This document shows positions 14,024-28,768 of a stretch of 64,000 bases of DNA, piece by piece (the stretch's first letter is position 1; each line of letters opens with the position of its first letter). Under the pieces are notes generated by a model, which was not told the DNA's origin, did not search any database, and saw only the letters and a list, made by a program, of their open reading frames with translations. The translations under genes and the position numbers were made by a program. This DNA is from Phoronis australis (Eukaryota > Animalia > Phoronida): assembly GCA_002633005.1 (NCBI GenBank), contig NMRA01000063.1, forward strand, positions 124,001 to 188,000, in the 5' to 3' direction.

Positions 14024-16132
14024 AATAAACCTAACTGTGTGCTCAACACAGCCTCACTTTACTGTAATTGGACAAGTTCATTCTGAGTGGGGCATCATTG
14101 GTAGCCATTCATTGATGGAGCTCATAACTTCATCACTAATGTGGAAGACTAAGTTATGTACGCTTAAACTATGTATGGACATATATGTAAGCAAGTGTGC
14201 CTTGTTACAAACACTGGATAATACCAAGGAGCAAGTTTTTAAAGTTACATATCAGTTAAGCTTGACTTACGGTTCGTTACTGTAGGCCTCAGCCAATCAC
14301 TATTTTGCTCTATTTTATGTTATTTATTCATCAAATTGTACATATTAACTAATTTTGTACTAATTTATTTTATTTATTATCTTTTTAATCCAATTGTGTA
14401 TATCTGTATTTTACTTCATCTAATTATTTCCAACTGGACCCACTTGAAAATCAGTGTATTCACTGAAGTGGTCACCCAGTCTTAAAGAAGTTTATATGAA
14501 TAAATAAATACCGCACAGCAGATGGTAACACGTTTTCAATTTATTAATAACTTATAAAGAACTAACTTAAAGAAAATTTGCAGGAACTGCTAGTTATCAG
14601 CAAATCTTTAATGTGTGTGTAATACTAGAGGTACAGTCAAAATGTTGGATGCAGCTGCAAAAACTGCCACATGTTCAGATCATTCATTGCATGAGCCACA
14701 ATTTTCACATGGACTGTAAATATAAAACTTTGGTGTTTATTTACAGGTTGTCTTGGTTTGAAATGTACGCAGCTGAGATCAAAATATCAAAGGACGTGGC
14801 TTATCTGTTGTCAAGTTGACACAAGATCACATGGGACCATGTATTCTATAGGCATTGCTTGGATACTTTTGTTCTTAACTCTGTAAAACTAGCCAAAATT
14901 AGACATCTAGCTCATGCATTTTCTCGTGACTGGAATATGAATTGGAAGTATGCTTATAATTCCACCGTGTTTTTGTGATCAACCTGTAAGCTGAAGTCGG
15001 TGACATGGTAGGTTTTGTGTCATAGGTAGTTATCAATAATAAGTAGGGTTTGTTTGTGCTTTGAGGTTACCAAGGGGTTGCTTTGGGTATGCTCTTTTAA
15101 GACAAAAATGGGTAAAACAATGCCGATTGTATTCTTAATCTCTATTGCCATTGTTTTTGTTACTGATGTGCTTGTGTGTCTATATATTCAAGATAACTGT
15201 GTCATCTCTAAGGGCTTGACTATTCCATCTTTTTATAGTTATTTTCTGTAATGGCAAACTATTATTGTTATTGTTTCTTTTTATTAACTACTCCTCCACT
15301 GCTTTTCATTATCATTCAAGAAGAAAGCCTCGATTGCTCAAGTTTCTCAACTCTATGCAAACCCTTTTTTAAGTCATTGCCTCAAGCCGTGGTGCAGTTA
15401 CTTCGGACTGTTTTATTTACTTTTTGATTGGTACAACCTACTTGGAAATACTCACCTGTTTCATAGTGTTCTGTGAGTTACCAATGTGTTAACAATACAA
15501 AGTCTAATCTTTTTACTGGAAATCCAAATTACTTTTTGTCATTATGTATTCTGTTTTTATGCAAACTCAAGATAAGTGTCTGTGTTCGAGTATGTTACGG
15601 TTTATGCATGAGATTGTAGTCCAAGTTTGCACTTGTTGACCCCAATATCCGTGCTACAAACTCGAGTAACAACTTGAGATTTTGAGTTTAGGTGGAGTCA
15701 TCAAGTGCAAACTAGGATTAAAGTCTCATGTTAGTTATACCAGGTGTAGTTGGGATGCCATCTAGATTCACCTGTTCTTATACACAGGTCTGTAAGATTC
15801 TGTTATGAGAAATGATGAATTTGCATATTGCAGGTGAACCATGCTACATTGAACCCGCTTGTAACTACGGTATAATCTCACCTCACAATATGGCAGACAG
15901 CTGAAATTTTTTCATGTTAAGATTTGTGGCACAAAATAAATTTTTAAGTTTCGTACAGTATCTAACATCACACAAAATTTTGAAAACTTGAGTATTTACA
16001 AGACTGTTAGAATACAAGTTTGGCGATATAACATTGTCTAAAATTGGTGATATTGTACTGTCGTCTGCTTTTCAACAAAACCAAAGTTCGCTGTAACCAT
16101 ATAAGTTTGTTTACAGTTTGACTTGTGAACTG

Positions 16133-16354
16133 TAGGTCTTGGAATTTTCCTCTTTTAAGAGAATTTTCTCTTTTTAGTTTAGATTTCCTCTTATTTGATT
16201 TTGTCTTTTTTATCATTATTTTGACATAATTTGTGCAAAAAACGTTGACTTTTACAACACAAAAAATATTTCTATCACTCAAGCCTATTTATTTGTGGAA
16301 CAGTAAATCACCTGGAAAATTTTCCTCTTTTTTGTCAGGTCATTCCAAGCTCTC
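16133..16354 (+). mobile_element. Short degenerate MITE with family A ends
   Basis: TAGGTCTTGGAATTTTCC ... TTTCCTCTTTTTTGTCAGGTCATTCCAAGCTCTC. Flanks GAACTG/AAACTG match at 5 of 6 bases. Confidence 0.55.
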
Positions 16355-16687
16355 AAACTGGCACATTGCACAGCAGTGTGAGCGTAACTACATTTTATAA
16401 TTTCTGTGCCAAGGAGGAGTCATTAGGGTGCATTGTGGGAACAAATTTATTGAGAAATCTTTGCGTTAAACTCAATAATATGAAGGAATTATTGGCGTAA
16501 ATTTTGTGAATAGTAAAGCTTTGTACCTGTAGCGATTTAAATGCATAAACATTGGTTTCACAAAATGCGCCAACACAAATCCATTTGTATTTGTTTCAGG
16601 TGGAATAATTGTACATATAAGTAATTATATATTTTAACATGTTATTATTAGAGGGAAAATGTAATTAGGTATATTGAGCGCGGTCTT

Positions 16688-16693
16688 AATAAA
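16688..16693 (+). terminator. Candidate GFPT polyadenylation signal
   Basis: AATAAA with upstream TGTA elements (about 16610 and 16660) and a downstream T/GT-rich tract. Other AATAAA hexamers exist nearby. Confidence 0.35.
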
Positions 16694-18409
16694 TGAGCAA
16701 CGTATGGGTCAAGAGTTTCCTTGTACTTCTGTTGAAATGCAACTAATCCCAACAAACACTCCCTGGATGTTGTGCATCATTGTTCTCTAACAAAAGGAAT
16801 TTCTTTCTTCATTAGCGCTACCTAGTGACAATTCTAAAATCTTGTATAAGAATGAGGAACTGTGTTTTTAGCACTACCAATAAAACAGACTTGTCATTTC
16901 ATAAATATATTTATGACCATGACTATGATTAATAAGCAACAGATCAGAGAGAGGGTATCTTATCAACGTAAGCATACACATTATAAAGATTTCAGTGAAA
17001 TCAATATTGAAACATTGTTTATCCAGAAATCAAAAATGATCGAGACAGCCCAGAATTCCTTGGTCATTACAGCTTCCTGCGAGACAGTCATTATCCGAGT
17101 ACCTGGAATGACTAGCCATGTCAGGTCATAACCGGTGGAATTATGTCCCACCATTATTGGCATGCACCATCTGTAATTAGCATGTTGGCATGGCTACACA
17201 TTAAACACAAGATTCTTCAATTATGGACAAAAATAAGTTAATGAAATTGACATTTTTAAATGCAACTACGACGGAGACTTGCAAACATCAATTAACAGTT
17301 TCTATATTACATAAGATGTGAAGAATCACAGATCAAACATATTGGTAGCAATAGATGGAATGAGGCCAGTAATGTTGTTCATTGCCGATATTAAAATTTA
17401 CCATAAATAAAAGAATCTGATTTAATTTGCCTACTTGGGAAACCTTAACTCTAGATACAAGCCAGCCCCACTAGTACTTAATGTATTGCACTCATTTAAA
17501 ACTGATATCCTTACAATGCCACAACTTATTAAATATGCTTGTAAACAAACTAAACATATGTATATCTAAGCAGATCTAATGACATAAGATTTCAACAACT
17601 ATTTAAAACAACGCTGGTTTAAAATATGTCGACATGGGACTTCACAAAAGAATGGTAAGCAAAATAATTTAATAGTTTCTTCATCCTTGTGGCAAGCCAA
17701 AAAACTTTCCTTAACAGTTGAATGTGCAGGGCTAAATCTGTTCAAATGCATCATTGCATTAAAGAGGCAGTGAACTACACTTCTGTCAAAAAACTAAATT
17801 TTGATTCAGACCACTTCCGATAATAACTAAACTGGTTTTCTACTGTCTCTGCCCCACATTTGTAGGCTTGGGAACTGCCAGTTCATTATTGGTCGAGAAC
17901 ATACTCCAAAAGCTGACCAGACATGGTGTTTCAATTTACATGTTGAGTATGGCAGCATTGGGCAATTGTTTATTATTTCTATGCCCAGAAATCCTGGCAA
18001 GTTGAGACCAAATGCATAGTGACAAGATCAAAAGACAGTTTACAGAAGATGCTGGTTTTTGACAGCTTGAAGTGTTGCTATGGAACACTATGCACACTAA
18101 TGTCGCTTCATTACAATATTCACAAACTAATTAAACAGCTTCATCGAAATCATATACTGCTAAATTTAAGATGCAAGCAAACATCAAAACAATTGAATTA
18201 CAAAACATGCTGGCAACTGACCACCATTCAAAGGGAAAGCTCTTTATATGAGGGAAATAAAACAACTACTTAAGCAACATTCACATTCAAGCAAAATGTC
18301 AGCAACTTAGGATTTACTCCTCAAGCAAACAAGTCTGAACTGGTTATATCTGTGCATAGTTGAGACAACTTATTACTTGCTCTCTACAACTGGACACTGC
18401 ATCATTTAC

Positions 18410-18855
18410 TAAAAAATGACAAATTTAGCTACGGAACTTTGGAACATCCTCTCTGAAAAAATGGCTGATCAAATGAAACTTGCAGATACTATATTTTGTG
18501 CACTGTTCTCCAAAATTACGTAATCTGTTTTTAAAATGATCCACTTTGGCAAGTCGCTATCAAGAAAGAGGACTTTTACGATTTTTATCACAAAGGTTGG
18601 ATAAAAGGAAGCAATTCAGAAAATTTTGTAACAGTGTTCTTGAAATTTTATCTTGAACAGATATATGTATATATATATAAAATATATCTAACAAAAAATT
18701 TGGTGTGTTATTGATACTGTTGTTTTGCTATGAATGTATCTTTTACTAAAAAGACACTGTCACGTAACACAATAATTGGCAGATTGGTATTAATGACAAG
18801 TCAAATTGATTAGACAGACTTTCTACTTTCAGAGAATATATACTTTGAGTTTGAT
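18410..18855 (-). repeat. Old interspersed repeat, inverted diverged homologue of about 925-1380
   Basis: Shared motifs in reverse complement, e.g. CTTTCTACTTTCAGA vs TCTGAAAGTAGAAAG and AACTTTGGAACATC vs GATGTTCCGAAGTT. Confidence 0.5.
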
Positions 18856-18966
18856 TTTAAAGATTTGTCAATATTTGCCCTCATGCACACATAATGCTAT
18901 ATAACCTCAACACTGAAAGTTCTGATATAGATATCAATGCAAAAAATTGGAACATCATACACATCT

Positions 18967-19256
18967 CAAGGGCGGATCTAGGATTTTGAGTTAGGGGGGG
19001 CAGGGCAAAGGAATAACCAGAATTTCGACAGATGCATATGCCCATACCTAAAATGTGGGGATGCAGGGGTCTCAAACTTTTGGGTTTGAGAACCTTTTGA
19101 CTAAAATAAAAAACGGGGTTTGTTCAGGGCCTATGCATTGTTTCTTCACCCCCGAGCCCCTGGTTGCGCGCATGTACTAGTCAGCAATTCGCAGCCGAAT
19201 TGCCAAATGATATCTGGTTGAATTTTAGGGGGGNCCCCCCCCCACATCTGCCACTG
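18967..19256. mobile_element. hAT-like MITE with 5-bp TSD
   Basis: CAAGGGCGGATCT...ACATCTGCCACTG ends, G/C-run subterminals and TSD CATCT. Confidence 0.65.
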
Positions 19257-19923
19257 CATCTGGTGCTCGCCATATAAGGATCCAAAAACACAAAAATGGC
19301 AATTGCATACTGTTTTAGGGACATCATGAAAGTTTGTCATCTGGAAATTGTTACCTACAGCCTATAAAACACAATAGCGTGATCTCATTATCAGGCACAA
19401 AATATTTATACAACAGGTCCCCGTTATTTAAAGCGACTGTTTCCGGAACGCATTACTACAATATTCCATTCAGAATAAAGTGAGCTTTTGATTGACAGGC
19501 TAGGCTTCACACATATTCACAAATGGATATTTGTAAGTTGTTGAATATTTGTGGGTTTTTCAAAAGTTCCCACATACGTAAATATTTGTTCAGGAGAGCA
19601 CTGTGCTTTGGGTAAAAATAATGCTCCTAGGTCTGATTGAGAACATCTGAATGTGCGTTACAATGACATCAGTCCTAAATATCCTACAATTCTCCTTAAT
19701 CTTCATCCAAAAGCTATAAAATAATCCCTTGTTTAAGACCAAAGCAACAGTTAAGCACGACTTTGGTGAGTCAAATGCTGCATGACAATCCTACTGGTGA
19801 CTTCACTATATCCTTATTGCTTCACCACTTGCATATGACAACTAGGTATGATGTAACTACCGTAGTTCCACTCTTGGCCACTTGGTTCACTGATGCATTC
19901 TATTTGGAAATGGTGTCAACACC

Positions 19924-20135
19924 AGTATGTGCTTACTCTGCACCTGCACATTTGCATCAATACATGAACCTTACTTTGCTCTGTGACCCCAGGTCAGAGG
20001 TCAAATGCAGCAACCCAGTCTGAACAACACAAGATTCACTGTACAGTATGTAGTTGCTCCGCATCTGTACATTTGCATCAATATGTGAACCTTACTTTGT
20101 TCTGTGACCCAGGGTCCAACGTCACATACAGCACC
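19924..20135. repeat. Diverged tandem duplication of about 120 bp downstream of the MOB1 stop
   Basis: CATTTGCATCAATAYRTGAACCTTACTTTGYTCTGTGACCC occurs twice. Confidence 0.75.
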
Positions 20136-20518
20136 CGTAAAAACAACTCATATTCACTGATTGGTGATTGACCAACAGTTAGTTCCTTTCAACAAAATGC
20201 GAATTCAATCCCAAGCAAATGATTCTCTAACATCTGTAACCAATTGATAATGTGAACGACTTACCAACTAACCATACAAAAATGAACTAACCAACTTTCT
20301 TGCGAAAAACATGATATATTTATCAGACAACTGTGTTCATATTACTAAAACGAGTGAATGACTAGTTATGCATAAATTCCTTTATCGTTTGGTCACTTGG
20401 TGTTTGGCAACATTTCATACAATTAAATGCAGTGTATTTAGTGCAAAGGTCACTGACTAAACTCTTGCTTCCTCCAAATGCATATAACAAGACAAACATA
20501 ACACTCATGCAATCCTAT

Positions 20519-20760
20519 TCACCGGTTGTTACTTGTCAGCTTGTCGATGAGTTCCTGCAGGGGAGCCAACTCCCGCTTGTCAATGAGGTTGAACTCTTGC
20601 ACAAAGAAGATGAAATGTTTGAAGGAGGTGTTGAGGTGGGCCTCCTCAGACAGTTCTACCACCTCCTTGAAGTGCTGGTGATATATGTGAGCGTAGACGC
20701 GGAACAGTCTTTTCAGTATTGTCTTAGCAACTGACATAAAGTTTCTGGGAAATGGCACGC
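20519..20760 (-). CDS. MOB1: MOB1 last coding exon
   Basis: ttgtAG acceptor. (G)VPFPRNFMSVAKTILKRLFRVYAHIYHQHF...LIDKLTSNNR-TGA. With a 14-nt first exon the CDS totals 651 nt (216 aa), typical of MOB1. Confidence 0.97.
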
Positions 20761-20808
20761 CTACAACACAAATAGTAGTATTAGGTAAGTCAGTCAAAAG
20801 AGAGTACA

Positions 20809-23695
20809 AACAATGAGCAACGCAGGGCGTTGAAATGCACCCACGAATGCACTGCAAATGATGTGCTTCTAGGGCGTTTATTTGTATCATAAAAATGGCT
20901 ACTGGATGGTGTAAAGTACTTCAAATCCATCAAAGAACAAGAAAACGACACCGTTTTCTAGCAGAAAGTTATTTACCAAATTTCATGAAAATTGGTTGAG
21001 GAACTTCAGAGAAACAGAGGAAAACGGAAAAAATGAAACTGCCAATAGGGGGCACAGTCTTCGTCAAACCATCTGAAAGTCGTCTTTTCGTAGTTAACTT
21101 CATATAAATACACGTGCTAAATTTAACAAAGATCCTGCAGAGGGCTTAGGAGATACAGGGAGGGGCGCAAAAAACTGCCAATAGGAGGCGCCATAGTAGT
21201 CAAAGTGGTTGGAAAACCATTCAGGGCTTGGAATGACCCATGACAAAAAAGAGGAAATTTTTACCGCCCTAACTACACATTTCAATCTAAACAATACCTC
21301 AACAGATCGAAAATAAACATATCACAAGATGCTCTCTTACTGTGTCGTGTTGGCAAAATGCACTCATCTTAAGCAGTACCTGAAATCTATTTCAGCAACA
21401 ACAATGAAGGCAACTAGATGCAACAAAAGATATTTTTTAAAATTAAATAATAAAGATAATGATGAAAAATTTGCAGTATGAGTGGCAGTAGCTTATTCTT
21501 GATTTGCTGCAGGGAGACCTATAAAATTATTTTCAATTCTTATAATTACGATACAAAATTACAAAAAAATTGTATATCGATCCACAGAATATCTGGAAAG
21601 CCTGAAATACATACACATTTAATTCCAAAAAATTTAATTCCAATGCAAATGTAAACAAGTCGAGACAAAAACCTGTGGCTCATACCCAACTGCATGGAAA
21701 AACTATAGAATGCATCAACCACAATCCTAAGTTGGCCAAACTTTTCAGTTTCAAATAGTAAATACAGGAGTTAATTGTTCATAAGCAACTCTGGTGTAGA
21801 AGAAACTATGTGACATCAGAAATAACAACCAGGACTGAAAATAGGCCGGCGGAATTTGTAAACAATGGCTCAGATCAATCAGATCATTCAGAATTTGTCA
21901 CGTGATCACTTCTCTCGAACTGCAAAACTCGAGTCACAAAATAGAACACGAAAAATGTCAAATTAAATTGAAATACATAAACGGCAATTTATAACACATT
22001 TGCAGTAACGAAAATAGCACTTTGCATCTCGTTTCGGCAGCTCATAGAAAATCGCATTAAGAAGGTCAGGGCTAGCAATAGCAGCCAACGGCAACGGGCG
22101 TGCATGTGGGATCAAACGGAAGAATTTCACACATCACTCAAATCCCACGATTCCAATCCAACGAATAACCGGTTACAGTTGAATTTTGTTTCAGAAAGCG
22201 TTGTTATTTCTAGCATTTCATCGTTTTCAGTCGGTCCTCCGATTCCACCTTAGTCCAAGGCGACTCGACCAAGCACTCCGTAACTGTTACTCTCTCAAAG
22301 TTAATACAGAGCACAAACCTTGACTTATGTTGTTTGTGAAGACATTGACCGTTTCTTTTGTCTACTTTTCCACGTAATATTCCGTCTACTCCACGCTCCA
22401 CGCATTTTTGACTGCAGAATCGCACTATTTGTCACCGCGACTTTATACCAAATGCAGACGCCATTGATGAACCACGCTATCCCAGGCACAGGCGCTTGAA
22501 TATATTTGTTCCTCGATTGCCTCTGACGTCACTCACTACTAAAACATGTTTCTTATATGTGGTTACGAGTCATCGGGAAATTCGAGCACCTGTGATCTGC
22601 AAGTACAGTTTTCGTTCTTCCGAAACACAAAGAGCAGTTTCCGCTTTTCGAGTAGTCGGCAACGCCGTGGTGAGAAACCAATTTGCCGCGATAATTTTAT
22701 GGCTAATCCGATTTTTTCCGCGGAAATATAACGAAAATACGTGGAGGGGATAAAAGAAAAAAGCGGAAATCCACGTTTCCGTGGAAAATTCCAAGCCCTG
22801 ACCATTGTCAACCGTTCTCTTCATAATAACATACATGACAATTTTCACAATCATCCTTAGAGCGGTTTGGTTAACGAAGGGATGGACACCAAAAAAAACA
22901 GGTTCAAAAACAATAAAAATGGCCACTAGGTGGGGCAAAATACATAGAAGCCATCTGAAAATGGGCGGATAGCGTCACATCATTAATAGATGCCTACGAG
23001 CCAAATTTTATGGAAATCCGTTGAAGACCTTCGAAGATACACAGGTGAACGTGAAAAAATAAAATTGCCCCTAGAGGGCACATTGGTAGTCCGCTTTGCC
23101 TGTCGTTTTCTGTTGTCAATTCATATCAATACATTGGCTACATTTAATAAAGATCCTGTAGAGCATTTAAGAGATACAGCCATGGGCGCAAAAACAAACA
23201 AAACCACCACTAGGAGGCGCCAAACTAGTCAAAGTCATCGAAAAATCATTGTCAAACGCCCTCTTCATAGTAAGAACATATATGCCAATTTTCACGCTCA
23301 TCCTTAGAGTAGTTTGATTGACAGAGGGGCGGACACTATAAACAGACTCGAAAATAGTAAAAATGGCTTCTGGATGGCGCAAAATGCCTCCAATCCATCC
23401 GAAAACGGGAGGATAGCGTCAGCTCATTAATAGATGCCCATGTGCCGAATTTCATGAAAATCGGCTGAGGACCTTTGAAGATATAGAGGCAAACGTAAAA
23501 AAGTAAAATTGCCACTAGGGGGCACAGCGGTATTCAGGTCGGTCCGAAACTCATCACCCTCTGTCATCAACCCCATAGGAACAAATCTGCCAAATTTCAA
23601 TAAGATCCTGCGAGGGGTTTAGGAGATACAGCCGGACGCCCTGACAGAGATGACCACAATATGCATCCACAAATAAATATGTGGGCACATAAAAA
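20809..23695. mobile_element. Helentron-associated (HINE-like) non-autonomous element, copy 1
   Basis: Head AACAA(T)GAGCAACGC...GAAATGCACCCAC, internal repeats of about 145-160 bp, terminal palindrome ATGCATCCACAAATAAATATGTGGGCACAT followed by an A-run. No TSD. Confidence 0.7.
21222..22800 (-). mobile_element. Family A hAT-like element, second copy, nested in a HINE-like element
   Basis: CAGGGCTTGGAAT...ATTCCAAGCCCTG with TSD ACCATT on both sides. Colinear with 1720-3309 in reverse orientation. Confidence 0.88.
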
Positions 23696-24980
23696 TGAGC
23701 AGTTAAGGCTAAAAAAAGCATAATTGGTTCTGGCCTGTATTTTTCCTATGTACAGTTCTAAAGTCACACGATAACATTCATGTGACTAGCAAACAAATCA
23801 GTAAGAAATACCCTGCAGTCTTGTTCATTCACCCGGTTTCTCGGACGGCAGACGACAGATGTTGATAGCAAATGCCAGCCACCGGTTTGCATCAAAAGTA
23901 GGTAAAAACTTGGCTTTTCTCATTCAAAGACACACATAAATCAGTTTTCTGGCATCTGTTTACAACAGATTCCTCGAACAACCCATGGCCGCGGCCTGAT
24001 TGTCACTAGAAAAAGCCCCGTGGCCATGGCCTGACTGTTCAGAGCTACCTACAATCTTCAACGACAATAGGCGAAATGAACGACGATGATTGTGATGATG
24101 AAGGTGGCGATTATGAACAACACTATAACTCTCATGTGACTAGAGAAGATGTGAGAAATCAGTAAATAGGCTAGTCTTGATAGACACTTGGCGAACAGCA
24201 AAATCGGTCAACAAACTAACAGCGTTTTCAGAAACTCAAATAATTCAAAAAGTAGACGTTCTAGCGACAAATTGAAAATCTCTTCTAAAAGTCCGTTCAA
24301 AACTCTACGTAACCTGGCAGTTTTGCAACATTCCATGAATTTTTTTGAAAAAAATGAAATTTTGCGTTTTTTTTTGAAATTCAAAGTCAAATAACTCGAA
24401 AATGGTAAGTCTGAGAAAATCGTTATCGCAGAACTTTTGAAAGAGCATACTTCAAGGAACCCACATGCAAAAATTCACGTCATTTGCTCTTCCCGTTAAA
24501 AATGTGACCGCAGAACGATTGAAAATGGGTGAAAATGCGCTAGAGCCGCCATCTTGAAAGTGACTTCCGGTTAAACAAAATTTTATAAAAGCTAATCAAC
24601 AGCAACAAACACGTGACTAGTTTGAAAATGATTGGTTCGCCAATGCGCCCTCTACAGGAGAAAACGCAAAGATGTCCCAGGAACTAAGCAAATCGGTCTA
24701 TATAATTCTCGTTTATCTTTGAAACACGTCAGGAATTAAAAGTAGTGTTAAATGGCTACAGCTGGAAACAATATGTGTGGCTGGATCCATATGGCAAAGC
24801 AGCATTGTTTTACAATTGCTTTACAAAGTCATCGATAACAAACCTGAAATGCACTATTTTTCACAATCATTTTACTACCAGTTTGTGAGTCCAAATGTCA
24901 CCCAACCTGAACTGTACCACGATCACACTGTCAAAGAGAACTCTTATTCCAGTCACACACACCATAAACATAAGACTCAC

Positions 24981-27900
24981 CAGGGCTCGACATTAACTTT
25001 TATTTTAACTTGTCCGGTCGGACAAGTAGAAATGAAATTTACATGTCCTGATCTATAAGACACTTGTCCAAACTCAAATTATACTTTTCAAACATATGTG
25101 AATGTCGCACATTATACCTGTTAGCACAAGCTCAATAAACATGTGTAAGAGCATACGTTACACATTTAAATTTTACAAAAGTTTATTAAAGTTGGTATTT
25201 GTATTTGGACTTCACCAGTGAACACGCTACAAGTTTACCCTGGCTTTTCGATTCAGTTGTATAATGTATTTTTATAACCTGCTGAGTGAGCCGTCGACTG
25301 TTCGTGACTTTAAAGATTCGACTCTGCACATCGCTGACCCAAACGCAAGAGAGGAACTGTTTGCGTCGACGCATTTTTCACACGGGACACAACACATTTT
25401 ATTTCTAGTCGCTATCAAACTGCACGGTAACCAGTCAAAATCTTCCTTTCATTTCGGAAGGTATTCCTGTTTTCGTTTATTGGTTTCATACTGTTGCTTG
25501 GCGATTTCATGCCCTTTGGTTTGGTTACCAGTTGCAAGATCAGAACTCCTAGATTTGAAACCATATGCAAACTAAGTATCTATTTCGACATTGCAACTGC
25601 AGACACCGGAGCAGACGACAGTTTCCAAACATGCCGTAAGACAGTCGAATGTCGTAAAGTTTTATTAATACATGCACAAGTTATCGTTAATGAGTCTTAT
25701 ACGTAAACCAAAATTGGTACCATCAAGTGTCAAAATGTGTTGACGAGAAAATGATTTAAATTTAACTTACCGTACTCGTCCGCGTTACCACCCAGGGCGC
25801 TTAAATAGGGAATTTAAATAACAGGGGGTGGGTGGTAAGCGGAGCATGGGCGGTTAAAATCAAATTTTTTAAAAAGTCGCTACTGCACGGAGGACTAATT
25901 TTACCCTGACGGAGCCGCACTGACATCAGACTTCAAGCATATCAGTTAAAATATAGGTCGGGGGATTGAAGTAACGGACTTCGACGGCCTGCACACATGA
26001 TACAGTGGCATCGTGATCCTGAGCATGACTGGGTTTTTACGTACCTCGGTCGCTGCAGGTCATCTCTTAGAACTAAGGTATTCCTACAGCTGGATGTGCG
26101 TTCAGTAAGGCAAGTTTCTTGAGAATAAAGACAGATCAAACAAGACTCCGCTAGTTCGCGGTGTATTTCTAAGGGAAGCACTTGATTGTGTAAAGATTTG
26201 ATTCTCGCTGGAACCTTAGGCAACCAAGCACATGCTAATGATTGACAGGTCTTACTGAATACTTTGAACAATGTAACATTTTATATACATTGTATATTTC
26301 TTTTTGAGTTCAAAGCCAACACCACTGTTGTTCAAAGCACATGCGCAGCAAGCGGATGATACTACTATTAGGCAATGGGGGTACTCAGTCAGTTGCCAAA
26401 ATAATGAAGCAAAAACACATGTTGTAAAAAGTTATCAGGCAATTCAAAAGTTCAAAAATTAAGTTTTTGACCACGTGGAACATGGACAGAATTTTCGACT
26501 TGCGCTAATGATAAGTTGATTTTTCCGCTTTTGCCTTTGATTGGGCGCTTCCATTTTGGTGTCAGGAGTGAGTCATCAAAAACATTCGTTTAACCAAGAC
26601 GGGAACAACGACACAAGTTGGCTTGTCATAATGGACCGTGTCTTTTCTTATTTCAATGCTCGGTGTGAATATGTTTCGCCGTACTGTCACAGGGATTCAC
26701 ACAAAGGTTGGCCATGGACGTGATATCCGTCACGTACTGCTTTGTTGGTTCTTCTACAGCAAATGAAATACATTCGACAAGCGTGGTCTCAGTGATCAGT
26801 ATATGCTGCTGGTGACATTTTTTGATGCTGTAGATAATTAGTCTAATTAAAAGCAATGTTATGCAATCTTAGTGAGTAGTGTATAATTAATTAAACATAT
26901 TGGTTGTTTACCAAAATTTGTAACCTCCTAGGAGTTCATGGGAAGTGATTCGCCACGTCTGTTACCAGTTGTGAGATGTTTATAATAACAATTGTGCCTT
27001 GTTTTGCAAGTTGTGTAACTTAAAGTCTTTGAAAACCTGTCAGCTTTGGGATGAGGCGTTTCCCACAACAACAATAATCTGTTGTCCATCGGAATTACTC
27101 AACTCTTCATTGTCCTGCACCGTAATTGGTAATGACTTGGGTTCATTGCTGGAGTACAACAGATTGATTAACAGAATTGTTTTGGAACCAGCGACTTTAT
27201 TCAGAAAATTGTTTTGGAACTAGATGTAGCATTTTGGAGGAAGTCTGTGGGTTTTCATGTTTTGAACTATCTCGCCCACCTTTCTTGTGTTCAGTATAAA
27301 TATTCTGTTAGCTACTCTAGAATTCATATTGCTTGGAGAGAGGCTGCTGCTTGCTTCAAAAATATCACAGATACCCAGCGTTTGTAAGACACAACTTTGT
27401 TTCTTGATGTTTTACTATAAACTTTGACTTTAGAAACAACTAATCTCAGTTCTTTGATTATTTGATTAACTCATAGAAAGTGTTGTAATAGGAATTGTTG
27501 TAACTACAAGTTTCTGCTAACTATTGTTTGCAAAATTGTGAGTTGATATAATATTATTAGATATGCAATTTTCGGTATGATGTATTTGGTACTTCAATTT
27601 GTATTAGATATTGTATTATCTTTATTGTTTCAGGTTTAACCGTATCGTGAATCGTAAATCGTATACCGTATTGAAAATCGAACTTAACTTACTTTAAACA
27701 CTTGATGGAACTGTGCTCAACCGTCATCTTCAGTTGGTCTCCTACTGTCCTTAATGGTTTCGTCCCTAAACCAAGACCATCTCTAGTAGGCAGGACAACA
27801 GAGTTGATCAGGCTCTGCCTGACGGTTGTTGATGGTATTGCTGTTGGTGCTTCATCCATATCCAACAAGATGCCTGTTCAGCTTCGGTGGCCACATCGCG

Positions 27901-28507
27901 TAGAAGAACCTTCTTTCCTGTCGCAGAGACGCCCAGACACCTTGCCATAGCAGTAACCGAGCTGGCCGGAAAACCGCGGCAACCAACCTCCACAGAAAAA
28001 CTCCAACACCTCCAGCCGTTAACGTGGCAGTCACTCCTCAGATCAGTATATTTCAGGTTCTTCCGCTCATGTATTATTACTCGTATCATATCATAAATAA
28101 AGTTTCATGAGCCACTGTTACGGTATTATTATTATTATACGCGTGTAAACCGCAGAGTCAACAACAAGAGAGACATCTAATGTGCGTGTGACTGTACGCT
28201 ACATATGCCGACAGGAGTTCCGAGCGTTAGCCAAAGGAAACAATTGTGTCTCCTTCAGTAAAGGGCATGGGAATACAGGTATGTTATCACGATAGTAAGA
28301 CGAGGCCACGGTTCCGCTAAAACTGATTGATTGTCACAGAAAGGCAATCGAGTTGTGCACGTTTTGGAATCTTAATTTTGTGCGACGAACGTTTGCAGAA
28401 AAAATTCATTAACTTGTCCTTTCGGACAAGCTGCTCGGCCATGAGCTTGTCCGAACCAACAAATTGGTTGTCCCGGGCAGTCGGACTATCGTTAATGTCG
28501 CGCCCTG
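24981..28507. mobile_element. hAT-like element with 5-bp TSD (about 3.5 kb, no intact transposase seen)
   Basis: 17-bp TIRs CAGGGCTCGACATTAAC / GTTAATGTCGCGCCCTG and TSD CTCAC. Inserted into a unit of the 51-bp minisatellite. Confidence 0.82.
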
Positions 28508-28768
28508 CTCACAACTCTCTTACTGCAGTCACTACCTCACACAGACCATAAACACAGACTCACAACTCTCTTACTACAGTCACTACCTCACACAGACCAT
28601 AAACACAGACTCACAACTCTCTTACTACAGTCACTACCTCACACAGACCATAAACACAGACTCACAACTCTCTTACTACAGTCACTACCTCACACAGACC
28701 ATAAACAGATTCACAACTCACTTACTGCAGTCACTACCTCACACAGACCATAAACACAGACTCACAAC
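28508..28768. repeat. 51-bp minisatellite, about 5 copies
   Basis: Unit CTCACAACTCTCTTACTACAGTCACTACCTCACACAGACCATAAACACAGA. Confidence 0.93.

Noticed and set aside
20432-20734. 100-aa + strand ORF
   Set aside because: Antisense shadow of the MOB1 last exon.
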